Origin: Octopus vulgaris | Lineage: Eukaryota | Direction: 5' to 3' | DNA: 64,000 nt | Assembly: GCA_951406725.2 (NCBI GenBank) | Contig: OX597836.1 | Coordinates: 46,748,001-46,812,000, forward strand | Shown here: one piece after another, positions 51,456 to 64,000 of the stretch | How positions within the stretch are numbered: the first letter of the stretch is position 1 | How the letters are laid out: the number at the start of each line of letters is the position of its first letter | Translations under genes and position numbers: made by a program | The notes under the pieces: generated by a model | Told to the model about the DNA's origin: nothing | The model's input: the letters and a program-made list of their open reading frames with translations, nothing else | Databases searched by the model: none

Positions 51456-52776
51456 CATCATATAGAAAGTTTGTATCATAGAAGCTGGGACAGAGTTGGG
51501 CAGGTTGGTATCAAAAGGATTAACAAGAGAGGGAGGATGTTGTGAGGGACATCTTTTTCTGGGGTATTATTAATGTGAACATCATTTCAAACAAATGATG
51601 AGAAATGAAAGGATTATATTTGGTTGTGAGCGTAATTTGAACCTGTATCCATAAACCATGACTTTAACAATCAGTTGCTGATGAAGGTTATGCTAGTATG
51701 ATATGTTGAAATGCTGAAAATGTCAATGTAGTATCTGATTTTCATTAATTTCAGTGGAAAATGGGTCGTAAATCATTCATAAAAAGGGGAAAAGTATATT
51801 CAGGAACTAAAGATTCATGGGTGCAAGCTAAAATTATGGCTATAACCGAATGTTTTCCCCCTTTTTTTATTAAGGATTTACTACCCATTAATAGAAATCC
51901 AATTGTAACTGAAAGGGGATTCGAGGAAATGTGATTTTAAATAGAAATACGGTTACAAGATAAATGAGAGATGAAAGTAATTTTGCAAATGGGAAGGAGA
52001 GAAGATATAAAGATATAAGCAAAAAGGAAGGAGGGATGGGGGAAGGGAAATGACAGGCTATAGAGAGAGGGAGTGCGAGACAGAGAAAGAATGAAAGAGA
52101 GAGAGAGAGAGAGAGAGGATTAGGTGAGAGGAAATATGCAGTAGTGAGAGGGTTGCAGAGATAGAAAGTTAAGACAATGAAAGAGAGATATAAGAAGGCA
52201 AAAGCAAAGGACAAAGGGAAAGAGAGAGAGACAGTGATGAAGAGTGTGAGGTGGTAGGGGGTAGAGAGAGAGAGAGAGAGAGAAAAGCTGGGGTAAAAGG
52301 AAAGGGAAATAAATATAAAAAGATTTAGAAGTAAAAGAGTGGTCAAAATGGGGGGAATGAGAGAAGATTGAGAAAGAGAAACAAAATGAACGATTGAGAA
52401 AGAACGAGAGAGAAAGGAAAGGTTGAAAACGAAAAGGCCTCCAATGAGGTGCAGGAAGAGGTAGAGAATTGAAAGGCAGAGATTCAGCACTGTAGTGGCA
52501 GCAGAAAAAAAGCAATAGTGACACACAAAAGAAAGAGGGAGGAGAGGTGAAAGTCTGGAGGTGTAGGAAGAGATATTGAAAGCATTGCATCTTTTTGGTT
52601 GGGCTGTGCAAAGCTTGGTCTACCTAAAACGAAATAAAGCTGTATGAGGCAGAATTGAACACAATATATTTGCGTAAAGTTATATATAACACGTTTGCGT
52701 ATGGGCTACTCAAGTGTATATGTATGTATGTCTCACTTTCTGTCTCTGCTTTTCTCTCTTTCTCTCTCTCTCTCTC

Positions 52777-52825
<49 letters not shown>

Positions 52826-52887
52826 ATATTTCGGAATGGTCATTTTGCCAGTTTAGCCAATAAATCTTGCACAACAAATATATAAAC

Positions 52888-52934
<47 letters not shown>

Positions 52935-53431
52935 GTACTACAAGGTTAAAGGAGATACCTGAGATTAATTACGGAGGTATCAAATTGCTTGACCAGGCCA
53001 TGAAAGTTACAGAAAGAGTTATAGCCTAATTAATTAGGAACCGAATCAGATTAGATGAAATGCAGTTTGGCTTTGTGTTTGGAGAGAAGCACTACTGATG
53101 GCTTCATAGGCAGATAACTGCAGAAGTATTTGGCTAAGAATAAGCCATTCTACTTGGTATTGGTTGACTTGGAAAAGGCCTTCTACGGAGTACCCCACTA
53201 CGTGATATGGTAGGCTCTGAGAAAGCTGGGGGTAAATGAGGTGCTTGTGAAAGCTGTACAGGCCATGCACAGACTTTCTGTCTGTGAAGTGAGAGCCGTT
53301 AGCCATGAGCACAGTCATGAATTTAAGTATTCATCAGGGTTCGGTTCTCAGTCCCCTCCTATTTATCATTGTCCTCCTGGCCATAACAAAAGAATTCAAG
53401 ACTAGTTTTCACCCTAGGAACTGCTATATAC

Positions 53432-53606
53432 CCTGGAAGCCATCTGCTCGCGATATCAAAGGGCACACACTCTCCTACCCTGATGTAATCTCCAGGGATA
53501 CAGGCATCCAGCAACAGGACCTCCGTAATGCTGTGATGGACCATGAAGTCTGGCGTAACATAGTAAATTCCATTGTCTTGACCACTGTCGAACAATGATG
53601 ATGATG
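53432..53606 (+). mobile_element. 5'-truncated LINE 3' end inserted in the YxDD motif of the host RTE
   Basis: atatac duplicated at 53426-53431 and 53607-53612; (tga)n tail. Confidence 0.85.
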
Positions 53607-54148
53607 ATATACTGATGATCTTGCTATTATAGCAGATTGTGTAACAAAACTAGAAAAGAAATTCCTGGTGTGGAAGCAAAACTTGGAATTGAAGGGCCTA
53701 AAGGATAACTTAGCAAAGACTAAGGTTCTAGTAAGCAAGAAAATGGACAGGACCCTATATCTATCAGACAAATGGCCCTTTTTGATTTGTAGAAAAAGTG
53801 CATGCAGGAATTCCATTTGGTGAACCATGGACACACAAGAGGACTAGGGGAATACTAGGGAGGTTATCAGAGAGAGTAGTGTTTGTATGTGGAAGATGTA
53901 CAAGAGCCACAAAGACTACAGATACATGGGGAATTGATCTTCTCAAATGCCTTGGAGGATCTTTAGACGTATCATATAATACCTGCAATATAGGGGACCT
54001 AAATGGCAGTAGGGACGGATGTACAGAAAGTGTAGTGTAGGAAAAGGATAGAGAAAATTTAGAGAGCTTTACCTCTGTTGACAGCCAAAGGTTTCCTCCT
54101 CTGTGTGAAAGGAAGATTGTATGCTGCATGTTTACAAACAGCAATGTC

Positions 54149-55300
54149 ACATGGTAGTGAAACATGGTAATGAGATATGTTACATGGTAGTGAGACATGC
54201 TACATGGTAGTGAGAGATGTTACATGGTAGTGAGACATGCTACATGGTAGTGAGACATGTTACATGGTAGTGAGAGATGTTACATGGTAGTGAGACATGT
54301 TACATGGTAGTGAGAGATGTTACATGGTAGTGAGACATGTTACAGGGTAGTGAGACATGTTACATGGTAGTGAGAGATGTTACATGGTAGTGAGACATGT
54401 TACATGGTAGTGAGACATGTTACATGGTAGTGAGACATGTTACATGGTAGTGAGACATGCTACATGGTAGTGAGACATGTTACATGGTAGTGAGACATGT
54501 TACATGGTAGTGAGACATGTTACATGGTAGTGAGACATGTTACATGGTAGTGAGACATGTTACATGGTAGTGAAACATGCTACATGGTAGTGAGACATGT
54601 TACATGGTAGTGAGACATGTTACATGGTAGTGAGACATGTTACATGGTAGTGAGACATGTTACAGGGTAGTGAGACATGTTACATGGTAGTGAGAGATGT
54701 TACATGGTAGTGAGACATGTTACATGGTAGTGAGACATGCTACATGGTAGTGAGACATGTTACATGGTAGTGAGAGATGTTACATGGTAGTGAGACATGT
54801 TACATGGTAGTGAGACATGTTACATGGTAGTGAGACATGTTACATGGTAGTGAGACATGCTACATGGTAGTGAGACATGTTACATGGTAGTGAGAGATGT
54901 TACATGGTAGTGAGACATGTTACATGGTAGTGAGACATGTTACATAGTAGTGAGACATGCTACATGGTAGTGAGACATGTTACATGGTAGTGAGACATGT
55001 TACATGGTAGTGAGAGATGTTACATGGTAGTGAGACATGTTACATGGTAGTGAGACATGTTACATGGTAGTGAGAGATGTTACATGGTAGTGAGACATGT
55101 TACATGGTAGTGAGACATGTTACATGGTAGTGAGACATGTTACATGGTAGTGAGACATGCTACATGGTAGTGAGACATGTTACATGGTAGTGAGAGATGT
55201 TACATGGTAGTGAGACATGTTACATGGTAGTGAGACATGCTACATGGTAGTGAAACATGTTACATGGTAGTGAGACACGCTACATGGTAGTGAGCCATGT
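54149..55300 (+). repeat. 20-bp minisatellite (tacatggtagtgagacatgt), about 57 copies
   Basis: 55 in-register units at 54181-55280 plus degenerate flanking units. Confidence 0.98.
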
Positions 55301-56189
55301 ATCGAGAGGAATTCTGTGGGGTATTGAGATAAAAGTTAGGCATAAGAGGAAATAGATGCAGTGTGCAAGAGAGAAGACTGTGCTGGTTTGGTCATGTGAT
55401 ACATATGAATGTGGATAGTTGTATAAAGAAGGGCCAATCACTTCAAACAGAAGAGGGAGGCATGGGATGAAGCACTGAAGGCCAATCTCATGATACTGAG
55501 ATTTATGAAGGAAATGACAATGCATCGAGATATCTGGCATGTTGCTGTACTCAAAAAGACCTGACCCTCACATCAGAATCGATCTCCTAAACCACTTTGG
55601 CTAATGTCTGTCTGTGATGTGGTGGCGAACAGGGAGCAATAATAGAGAAATACAAACATTTCCTATTTTTCTATCTTCAAACAAATTGTTTATATAGACG
55701 TATTTGTATATGAAACATCATAACTTTCATTCCTGGCTCTAAAATCTGTAGAAACAGCTTTAAAGTGATTGTATTGCACTGCTAACACAAAAGTAAGACA
55801 CAGTATTGACTTATAAACTTTTAATGTTCTTGTTCATGTATTATTGTTGCGAAACGAAATTCAATGTTCCTACCAGTAATCAATATGTATGTACCAGTTT
55901 CCAGGAAAGTGCTTAATATGTAAATTGATCTATCTGGTAGTGTTACACTGCTAAACTTAGAATCCATTTGAGCAATGTGTTCGTGGATGGTTAATGGGTT
56001 GTATGTGGCACTGAGGAAAGAGCAAGAACTCCTGAAATATGCATGTACACCCATTCCCTATTTTTCTGTCTTCAATTGCATTGTTTACATAGACATATTC
56101 ATATACAAAACATTGTAACTTTTAGTTCTGAATCTAAATTTTATAGAAAATCAGTAGCTATAATTTATATGTGACACTCACATACACAC

Positions 56190-56200
56190 ATGTATGTACG

Positions 56201-56234
<34 letters not shown>

Positions 56235-56632
56235 TGTATGTATGTATGTATGTATGTATGTGTGTTTGTGTGTATGTATGTATGTATGTATGTATGTATG
56301 TATGTGTGTGTATGTATGTATGTATGTATGTATGTATGTATGTATGTATGTATGTATGTATGTATGTATGTATGTATGTATGTATGTGTGTATATGTATG
56401 TATGTACGTATGTATGTATGTATGTACGTATGCATGTATGTATGTATGTATGTATATATGTGTGTATGTATGTATGTATGTATGTATGTATGTATGTATG
56501 TATGCATGTATGTGTGTACGTATGTGTGTATGTATATGTGTATGTATGCATGTATGTATGTATGTATGTATGTATGTATATATGTATGCATGCATGTATG
56601 TATGAATGTATGTATGTATGTATGTGTGTATA
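56190..56632. repeat. (ATGT)n microsatellite
   Basis: Directly visible. Confidence 0.97.
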
Positions 56633-56975
56633 TAAATAGAAAGAGCAAGAACCATGAAAGTTGTCAATAACCAATGACTAATGTGATATTAATGTAACAT
56701 CACGTCCTGATATCCTCCTGCATCCTTATACCCACCAGCCTCCAGCCTCCAGCCTCCAGCCTCCAGCACATCATCAGATTCTGCCAGACGTTTTGCTTTT
56801 TACATCTCTTTAGAATTCATATTTTTAGTCTTTCCTTTCCTTATCTATTTTTAATTGAAGATCAGATTGTTTTGTTTTTTTTTTATTTCGTTCTGTTAAT
56901 ATGTGTGTGCGTGTGTTTATGTGTATGTGTGCATGTGTATGTGTGTGTGCGTGTGTGGGTATATTTTTTATGTAT

Positions 56976-58134
56976 ACCAAACCAAAACCACCACTACCAC
57001 CACCACATCCACAACCACTACCACCAACAACAACAACAACAACAACAACATTGCTGTCACCACCACCACCACCACCACATCCACTGCCATCACCCCCCAC
57101 CACCACCACTACCACCACATCCACTGCCATCACCCCCCCACCACCACCACCACCACTACCACCACATCCACCACATCCACTACCACCACATCCACTGCCA
57201 TCACCCCCACTACCACCACATCCACTACCACCACATCCACTGCCATCACCCCCACCCCCACCACTGCCATCACCCCCACCACCACCACCACCACTACCAC
57301 TACCACCACATCCACCCCCATCACCACCACCACTACCCACCACCACCACCACCACATCCACTACCACCACATCCACTACCACCACCACCACTACCACCAC
57401 ATCCACTACCACCACATCCACTACCACCACCACCACTACCACCACATCCACTGCCATCACCCACCACCACCACCACCACCACCACCACCACACCACTACC
57501 ACCACATCCACTGCCATCACCCCCCCACCACCACCACATCCACTCTTATGTAGGTATGCATGAGGCATGTTATTTATTTGTATTTAATTCTATTGGATTT
57601 TATTACCATTATTCGTTTATTTTTGGATAATGACCGGAGAACTCCACCCCGGATAACTAATATACTCCAACCTCTGACCTACAGCCATACTGTTTCCTCC
57701 TCCTTACTTTTTCCACTGCTACAACCGTGGCCACTGCTCTTCATATCTCACTGATCTTCTACTCACTTTCACATGGTTCTTCTTCTCAACTGATTTGTCT
57801 CTCACTTTCTCTCTTTCTCTCTCCTTCTTTCCCCTATCCCCCTTCTCTCTCTCTTTCTTCCTCTGGTCACCATATTGTGTCAACCCATCCAGTCCCCGGG
57901 GCCCAGTTCTTGCTCAATGATTTCCTGTCTTTTCAAGAGGAATGTCAGCCTAACAATCTCTCTGGCCTCACAAGACATGGCAATCTTATAAGGACAACCC
58001 TTTTCTTCCAGATCAAACATGTCTTCCTTATTACTACCACCATCACCACTACCGAAACCACCACATCTACCACCACCACTACCAAAACCACCACTACCAC
58101 CACCACATCCACTACCACTACCATCACATCTACC

Positions 58135-58166
<32 letters not shown>

Positions 58167-58420
58167 CAACACTGCTGTCACCACCACCACCACCACCACA
58201 TCCACTACCACCACATCCACTGCCATCACCACCACCACCACCACCACCACACCACCACTACCACATCCACTACCACCACATCCACTGCCATCATCCCCCA
58301 CCACCACCACCAACAACAATAACAACGCCACCACCACCACTACCACCATTACAACCACCATCACCACCACAACCACCACTGCTGCCGCTGCCACTACTGC
58401 TACTGCCACCACAACCCCCA
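56976..58420. repeat. Two related (CAC)n-rich compound microsatellites (56976-57545 and 58033-58420)
   Basis: Explain the poly-T/P/H/V ORFs. Confidence 0.93.
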
Positions 58421-58654
58421 CCTCTATCTCACCTCTGCTGCCATAGCCTCGACCACCATCACCACTCCGCCAATTTCTAGAACACATTAGCTCACTTCCT
58501 TCCTCCCATACCATCTACATTTGGCTCATCTCATGTATCTCTCTACAATACCCGTTCCTCTACTGAGGCCCAATCTTATATCTCATCTAAGTTCTTCACA
58601 TCCAAACACTCAGACCTCTTCAAGCCGCTTTGTTCTTTGCCCTAGCTCCTCGGG

Positions 58655-58997
58655 TAAAGGGTAAAGGGTAATGTCCCCCTTCAGTCATATATGACCATAG
58701 GATTGCACCCAGAAATTTACCCTCCAAGGCACAAGTCCGGGCAAGATTGTTTATGGAAGACCAGCAGTCACCCATGCATACCAGCCACCCCTTTCCATGC
58801 CACTGATGTTATCCAAGGGAGAGGCAAAGGGGCCGATACAGCTTGGCACCTGTGACATCACAACTCATTTCTACAGCTGAGTGAACTGGAGCAACATGAA
58901 ATAAAGTGTCTTGCTCAAGAACACACCACACAGCCTGGTCCAGGAATTGAACTCACAACCTCATGATTGTGAGCCTGACGCTCTAACCAATGAGCTG
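58655..58997 (-). mobile_element. SINE family D
   Basis: Family consensus with (taaaggg)n end. Confidence 0.85.
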
Positions 58998-59290
58998 CCA
59001 ACCCTTATTTGAATTTCCTGTAGGTTGCTAAGCCATTCCATGCACTTGTAGCACCACAAGAACTTCACAACTTTGCTTATTTCTTTGAACCATAAATGTA
59101 AGATTAACCTTGAATAAAATTTGCAAAATGTTAATCTCTGCCGATGTGTGTGTGTGTCTGTGTGTCCGTCCTGCCTTTGTCCCACCATTGTCAGAGCAAA
59201 AGAGCAAAGCTCACTCGATCTCGCTTCTCAGTATGAATACATTAGCGGGAAGAGACTTAAAAGATTGCAGCATGGTAGCTGCTCTACTAA

Positions 59291-59648
59291 GCACCACCAC
59301 CATCAACACCACTACCACTACAACAATCATCACCACCAACACCACCACTGCCACCACCATAACCACCACCACCACCATAACCACCACCACCACCTCCACC
59401 GCCATCACCACCACCTCCACCATCACCACCACTACCACCACCACTGTCACAATCATCACCACCAACACCAACACCACCACCACCACCTCCACCACCACCA
59501 TCACCGCCTCCTCCACCACCACCACCACTACCACCACCACTGCCACAATCCTCACCACAAACACCACCACCACCTTCTCCACCACCTCCACCACCACCAC
59601 CACCACCACCAACACTACCACAACCACCACCACAACCACAACCACAGC
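59291..59648. repeat. (CAC)n-rich microsatellite
   Basis: Directly visible. Confidence 0.95.
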
Positions 59649-59868
59649 AACATGTCTAAATACTTTATGGTGTCTCTTTGACTCCCTTTCAATTAAACAT
59701 TCTTTATTATTAGTGTGTGGTTAGGGGCTGGGGGAAGGGTCAGTAATTAGCATCGCTAATTGGACCCAATGGTAATTGCTTAGCTAATTGTTGGAAGGGG
59801 AGTTTAAGAGTATCAGTGAAGATGACGTTCATGCATGGGGAAGTGGTATGGATGGGGAGGGGGAGACG

Positions 59869-59899
<31 letters not shown>

Positions 59900-60949
59900 G
59901 AGAGAGAGAGATGGGGTGCAAGAGGGGAGTGAGAGGGGAGAGAAAATGGACTGGGGACATTGACATTATTTGTATAACATGATAATCTACTTATATAATT
60001 TCTACTACTACTACTATTACTACTACTACTGCTGCTGATGATGATGATGATGTTGATGATGATGTTAATAATAGTGGTTTCACAAGGCCAGCAATTTTGA
60101 GCAGAGGATATTACTCAATACCACTGACCCCAGTACATGACTGGTACTTTATTTTATCGACCTTGGAGGGATGAAAGGCAAAGTTGATTTCAGTGGGTTG
60201 TGAACTTGGAATGTAATAATTCTGCCACGCTGCTGCCTTTAATCATAAAAGCTTCAGCAGTTTTGGAGGGGAGGGGGAGGGCGTAGTCAATTCTGCTGAC
60301 TTGCGTACTTGACTGGAGCTTTATTTTAATGGTCCCAAAAGGATGAAAAGTAAAGCTGACTTTGATGGAATTTGAACCCAGAATGTAAAGAGACAATATA
60401 AACTGTGAGACATTTTATTCAATACTCTACTGATTCTGCCAATCTGCCAAATTAAATAAATAAATAAATAAATAGATAGCCTCGACTGGCTCCAGTGCCG
60501 GTGGCACATAAAAAGCACCATCCGAACGTGGCCAATGCCAGCACTGCCTTGGCTGGCTTCCGTGCCGGTGGCACGTTAAAAGCACCAACAGATTGTGGCC
60601 AATGCCAGACTCCCCTGGCACGTAAAAAGCACCCACTACACTCGCGGAGTGGTTGGCGTTAGGAAGGGCATCCAGCTGTAGAAACACTGCCAGATCAGAC
60701 TGGAGCCTGGTGCAGCCCCTGGCTTCCCAGACCCCGGAAGCTAGCGTGGAAAACGGACGTTAAACAATGATGATGATGATGATGATGATGATAGATAATA
60801 GTAATAATGATAATTTTAATAATAATAATAATAATCCTTTCTACTGGAGGCACAAGGACACAAATTTGTGGGGAAGGGACTAGTTAATTACATCGACCCC
60901 AGCATTTCACTGGTACTTATTTCATTGACCTCGAAAGGATGAAAGGATG

Positions 60950-60986
<37 letters not shown>

Positions 60987-60987
<1 letters not shown>

Positions 60988-61290
60988 GTGGGACAAATAG
61001 GGGCTGCAATTAGGGTGGAGCACTTGTAGAAAACAGCACTGCTTGGAACTGCTTAAATGCTTCAGAAGGTGCTCGAAAAATAAGTGAACAGCTGACACTG
61101 TAGTACATCTCCGGTGTTAGAAGCTGTGCAACAGCAGACGAAAGAATCAAATTTTATCAACAATGCAAGGTATTCAAGACGGGTGCAAAAAGATTTTACA
61201 GGGAAATTGGAGAAAACAAGACAGAAGTGAAGGAGCCGTCTAAGACTGAAGAAATGGAAGAATGCTGCAAGAAGATATGGAGCAACAAAA
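60987..61290 (+). mobile_element. R4/Dong-type fragments after (TAA)n
   Basis: EHL*KTALLGTA*MLQKVLEK* (C-terminus), then RIKFYQQCKVFKTGAKRFYREIG...EEMEECCKKIWS (pre-RT region). Confidence 0.7.
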
Positions 61291-61381
61291 ATTTTATTTT
61301 AAATTTAAATTTATATATATATATATATATACATATATACATACATATGTAAATACATATAAATATGTATATCTATATAAA

Positions 61382-61419
<38 letters not shown>

Positions 61420-61499
61420 CATACATACATACACACCCACTCACATCTACACACATTATTTACCATCATTAATGGCGCCATAACTATATCTGCTAAAAC

Positions 61500-63360
61500 T
61501 TAATGTATTTCATCTTCCATATGTGTCATACTCAAGCAGAATGGAGAAGTTGCTCTGATATCTTACCTGATATGTACGTCTTATCATTGTTAAAGCTTCA
61601 AGTCATTTACTTTCCCAGCAAATAGCTATGCTTCGATGATTGGAACCATTAAGAATGAGTTAATTACATTAAGACAGATCATTTCAGACCAAATTCTTGC
61701 CATTACTGCCAGAATATTCTTACATTATCACTTTATCACATACTCTGCCATGAAGAAATATTTGTTTCGCTTGAATCTAATCTAGATTGTTGGATGAAGA
61801 TAGAACTTATTCAATTATTTTCCATGACTTTTGTTTCACTAATTTACAACCTTCTTTTACCATTGAGTGGTTCCAGTTAGTTTCCATCGGACAAACCTAT
61901 GATATGGAAGTTGCCAAGTAAATGCTTCAAACAAATTCACAAATCCAGGCCCTCGTACCAACCAATGTTCATGTTACATTTCGACTTTTGATCAGATAAC
62001 TTTCTGTGATTGCACTTGTTTCTCAGTAGAGGCCAATAATAATAAAATACATGACTTAAAACATTCATTACTTATTATTAAAGAGAATAGAAAAATCATC
62101 AATTACCCAATCAATATATTCTATCTAGATCCATCTTACACCAATCTCATCAAATAAATAAGCAACATGTCAAATTTGTTATGGTCTGGCTATCTTGGAG
62201 ATTAATTTATAAGTATGATAGTATAAAAAGGTTGTGAGATCAATATAGGAATATATATATATATACATGTGGTGTTGATGATAATAGGAACAAAAACTAA
62301 AGCACTTAGTATAAATTAGAGTATATAATATGTAAGGAGAAATACACAAAATGTAACCAATCATGGTATACTATTAGTTTCACAGCATTATATAAAAACC
62401 GTTTCTTTAGCACTGCCATCTTTTATATGCAACCAAAACCAATGATTTTAAAGTCTAGGGAATATAAAATTCTAGGGTGGTAAATTATTTTCTCCATTGA
62501 CTGGTTTAAAATTTGAATTTTAAGCTATCTACTATATTTTGTGCCAAGCATCAAAACCTCATTGTGTGGTACATAAACATGCATATCTTCAAATAGTCAA
62601 ACCTAGATCTGAGATCTTTAAAAAATGTAAACACTTCAACAAACATTTACTTCAATACTGGAGCCCATCACATCTTCTATCTCTATCAGACCAGAGATCA
62701 CAGTACACCACATGAACAAATTCAGAACTCAACAAAGACAACTGAGCACAATTTCACTCTAGTATAATACAACGCTAGCTCATCTATGTCTCTCTACTTT
62801 CTTTCGCTCTCTCACCATTATCTTCAAACCCCAAATTCTCAACCTTTTTCACCTTCCTCTTGTTATGATTGTTTTAGATGGTGCAAATAGCACACAGTAT
62901 ATACACCTGTGTATGCACTCCGCAAGCAAAAAGTGAGATAAATAAGAGTTAAATCAGCACACATCTAAATGAAACTGGACAAATTTAGTAAAGTGGAAGA
63001 TAAAGTTTGGGAGGAAGCAATAGATGCCCAAAGTTACACTTGCTCATGGTTGTTTTACTTCACTGATGTCATCAATATTCTGATTAAAGACATTATCCTA
63101 AATTATCAAGACTATTGAAAAGGTTGCAAGACGCAACGAAAATTTTAGAAAATAAAAATAAGAAATAAGTGGAAATTTTACCGGTGACTGTGTTAAATAA
63201 TAAGGCGCTAAAAGAGAATGACTCTCCCCAGACACAACAGAATATGCTTCAACACACGAACTCATATAAAGAATCTTGCAAACCAAATCCAAAAATGAAA
63301 TACCATCTTTTGATCCACCAAAATCAACTGCTCAAAACGTTTGTTAACATATATGATTAA
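61500..63360 (+). mobile_element. Highly decayed Penelope-like ORF remnants
   Basis: WRSCSDIL (about 61542) and C-terminal KPRSEIFKKCKHFNKHL (about 62599-62650), similar to the PLE NxRSEIxxxCxH end. Confidence 0.45.
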
Positions 63361-63368
63361 CTAAACTA

Positions 63369-63934
63369 TTGGGTTGTCCAGAAAGTTCATGCCAATTTAT
63401 AGTAGCTTACATTTCGACTTATTTTAGAACATGGTTGAGTCCATAAAATAGGATTTGACTACAACTCCATTTAGAGCACAGTTTAAGCTATCTTTTCGTG
63501 GAAGAAGGTTTATGTTCTTATAACCTGTGTTAATTCTGTAACCCTTTAAAATGGAAGATAAGAAAGTTCATTTTCGGCACTTGATGCTTTGGGAACCAGA
63601 CAAAAATTGTTGTAGCTCGGCTGGGATGTGTTACCCCACCCTCCATATTCATCAGATATTGCTCCTTCAGATTTCCACTTATTCAGGTCTCTGCAGAATA
63701 GTCTTAATGGTAAAAAATTCAATTCCTTGGATGATGTGAAAAGATACCTTGATGAATTCTTTGCCATGAAACCACCTCAATTCTGGGAAGAGGGTGTTTT
63801 CAAGTTAAAGGAAAGATGGAGACGCATTGTGCAACAAAATGGTTCATATTTGGATGATTAAAAATGTAATGGCAAGTATTTATTGACCTTTTTCTTTCCT
63901 TTAAAAATCGGCAAGAACTTTCCGGACAACCCAA
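63369..63934 (+). mobile_element. Internally deleted mariner element
   Basis: TA-flanked TIRs ttgggttgtccagaaagttc / gaactttccggacaacccaa. Transposase start MEDKKVHFRHLMLWE is fused to the C-terminus LPHPPYSSDIAPSDFHLFRSL...WRRIVQQNGSY. Confidence 0.95.
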
Positions 63935-64000
63935 TATATAGAAAGCCTTAGAGTTTATTTATTTTTCTGAATAACCTAAGATATATCAGAAAAATGAACA

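Larger units (their letters stand above)
52932..55565 (+). mobile_element. Decayed RTE-clade LINE RT, with a nested LINE tail and an internal minisatellite
   Basis: NYGGIKLLDQAMKVTERV..DEMQFGFV; VDLEKAF; HQGSVLSPLLFIIV; ELLY/TDDLA; HGSETW; VQERRLCWFGHV. Confidence 0.92.

Noticed and set aside
51675-51730. ctgatgaaggt...gctgaaaatgtc hammerhead-like motif
   Set aside because: Stem III and helix I cannot both form in register.
54149-55300. Possible CRISPR-like array
   Set aside because: Contiguous 20-bp tandem units without unique spacers; eukaryotic LINE context; no cas genes.
55821-56054. 77-aa minus ORF with an acceptor-like site
   Set aside because: Lies within a diverged tandem repeat-element remnant; no recognisable homology.
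56825-59724. Mucin- or extensin-like Thr/Pro/His-rich ORFs
   Set aside because: Open in most frames because of (CAC)n repeats; no splice or domain evidence.

Overview
AT-rich, repeat-saturated eukaryotic DNA with no intact protein-coding gene. The SINE families, the (TA)n/(ATGT)n/(CAC)n microsatellites and the element mix resemble octopus (coleoid cephalopod) genomic DNA; this origin is an inference. Almost every ORF in the track is a microsatellite or SINE artefact. The real content is: five SINE or SINE-like families in many copies; decayed DNA transposons (pogo/POGK-like, Tigger, mariner plus MITEs, a Helitron); decayed LINEs (RTE, CR1-like, R4/Dong-type); and many Penelope-like element (PLE) fragments. 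The most notable signal is two short non-coding elements sitting in (TA)n tracts. Each has terminal direct repeats and a central type I hammerhead ribozyme motif with a palindromic stem-III loop (32101-32765, 560-nt unit; 37618-38154, 397-nt unit), making them retrozyme-like candidate self-cleaving or circular RNA elements. Several degenerate hammerhead motifs and long inverted repeats also occur, as do two minisatellites whose parent sequences are visible in the window. All coordinates and alignments were read by eye; no searches or folding programs were run.
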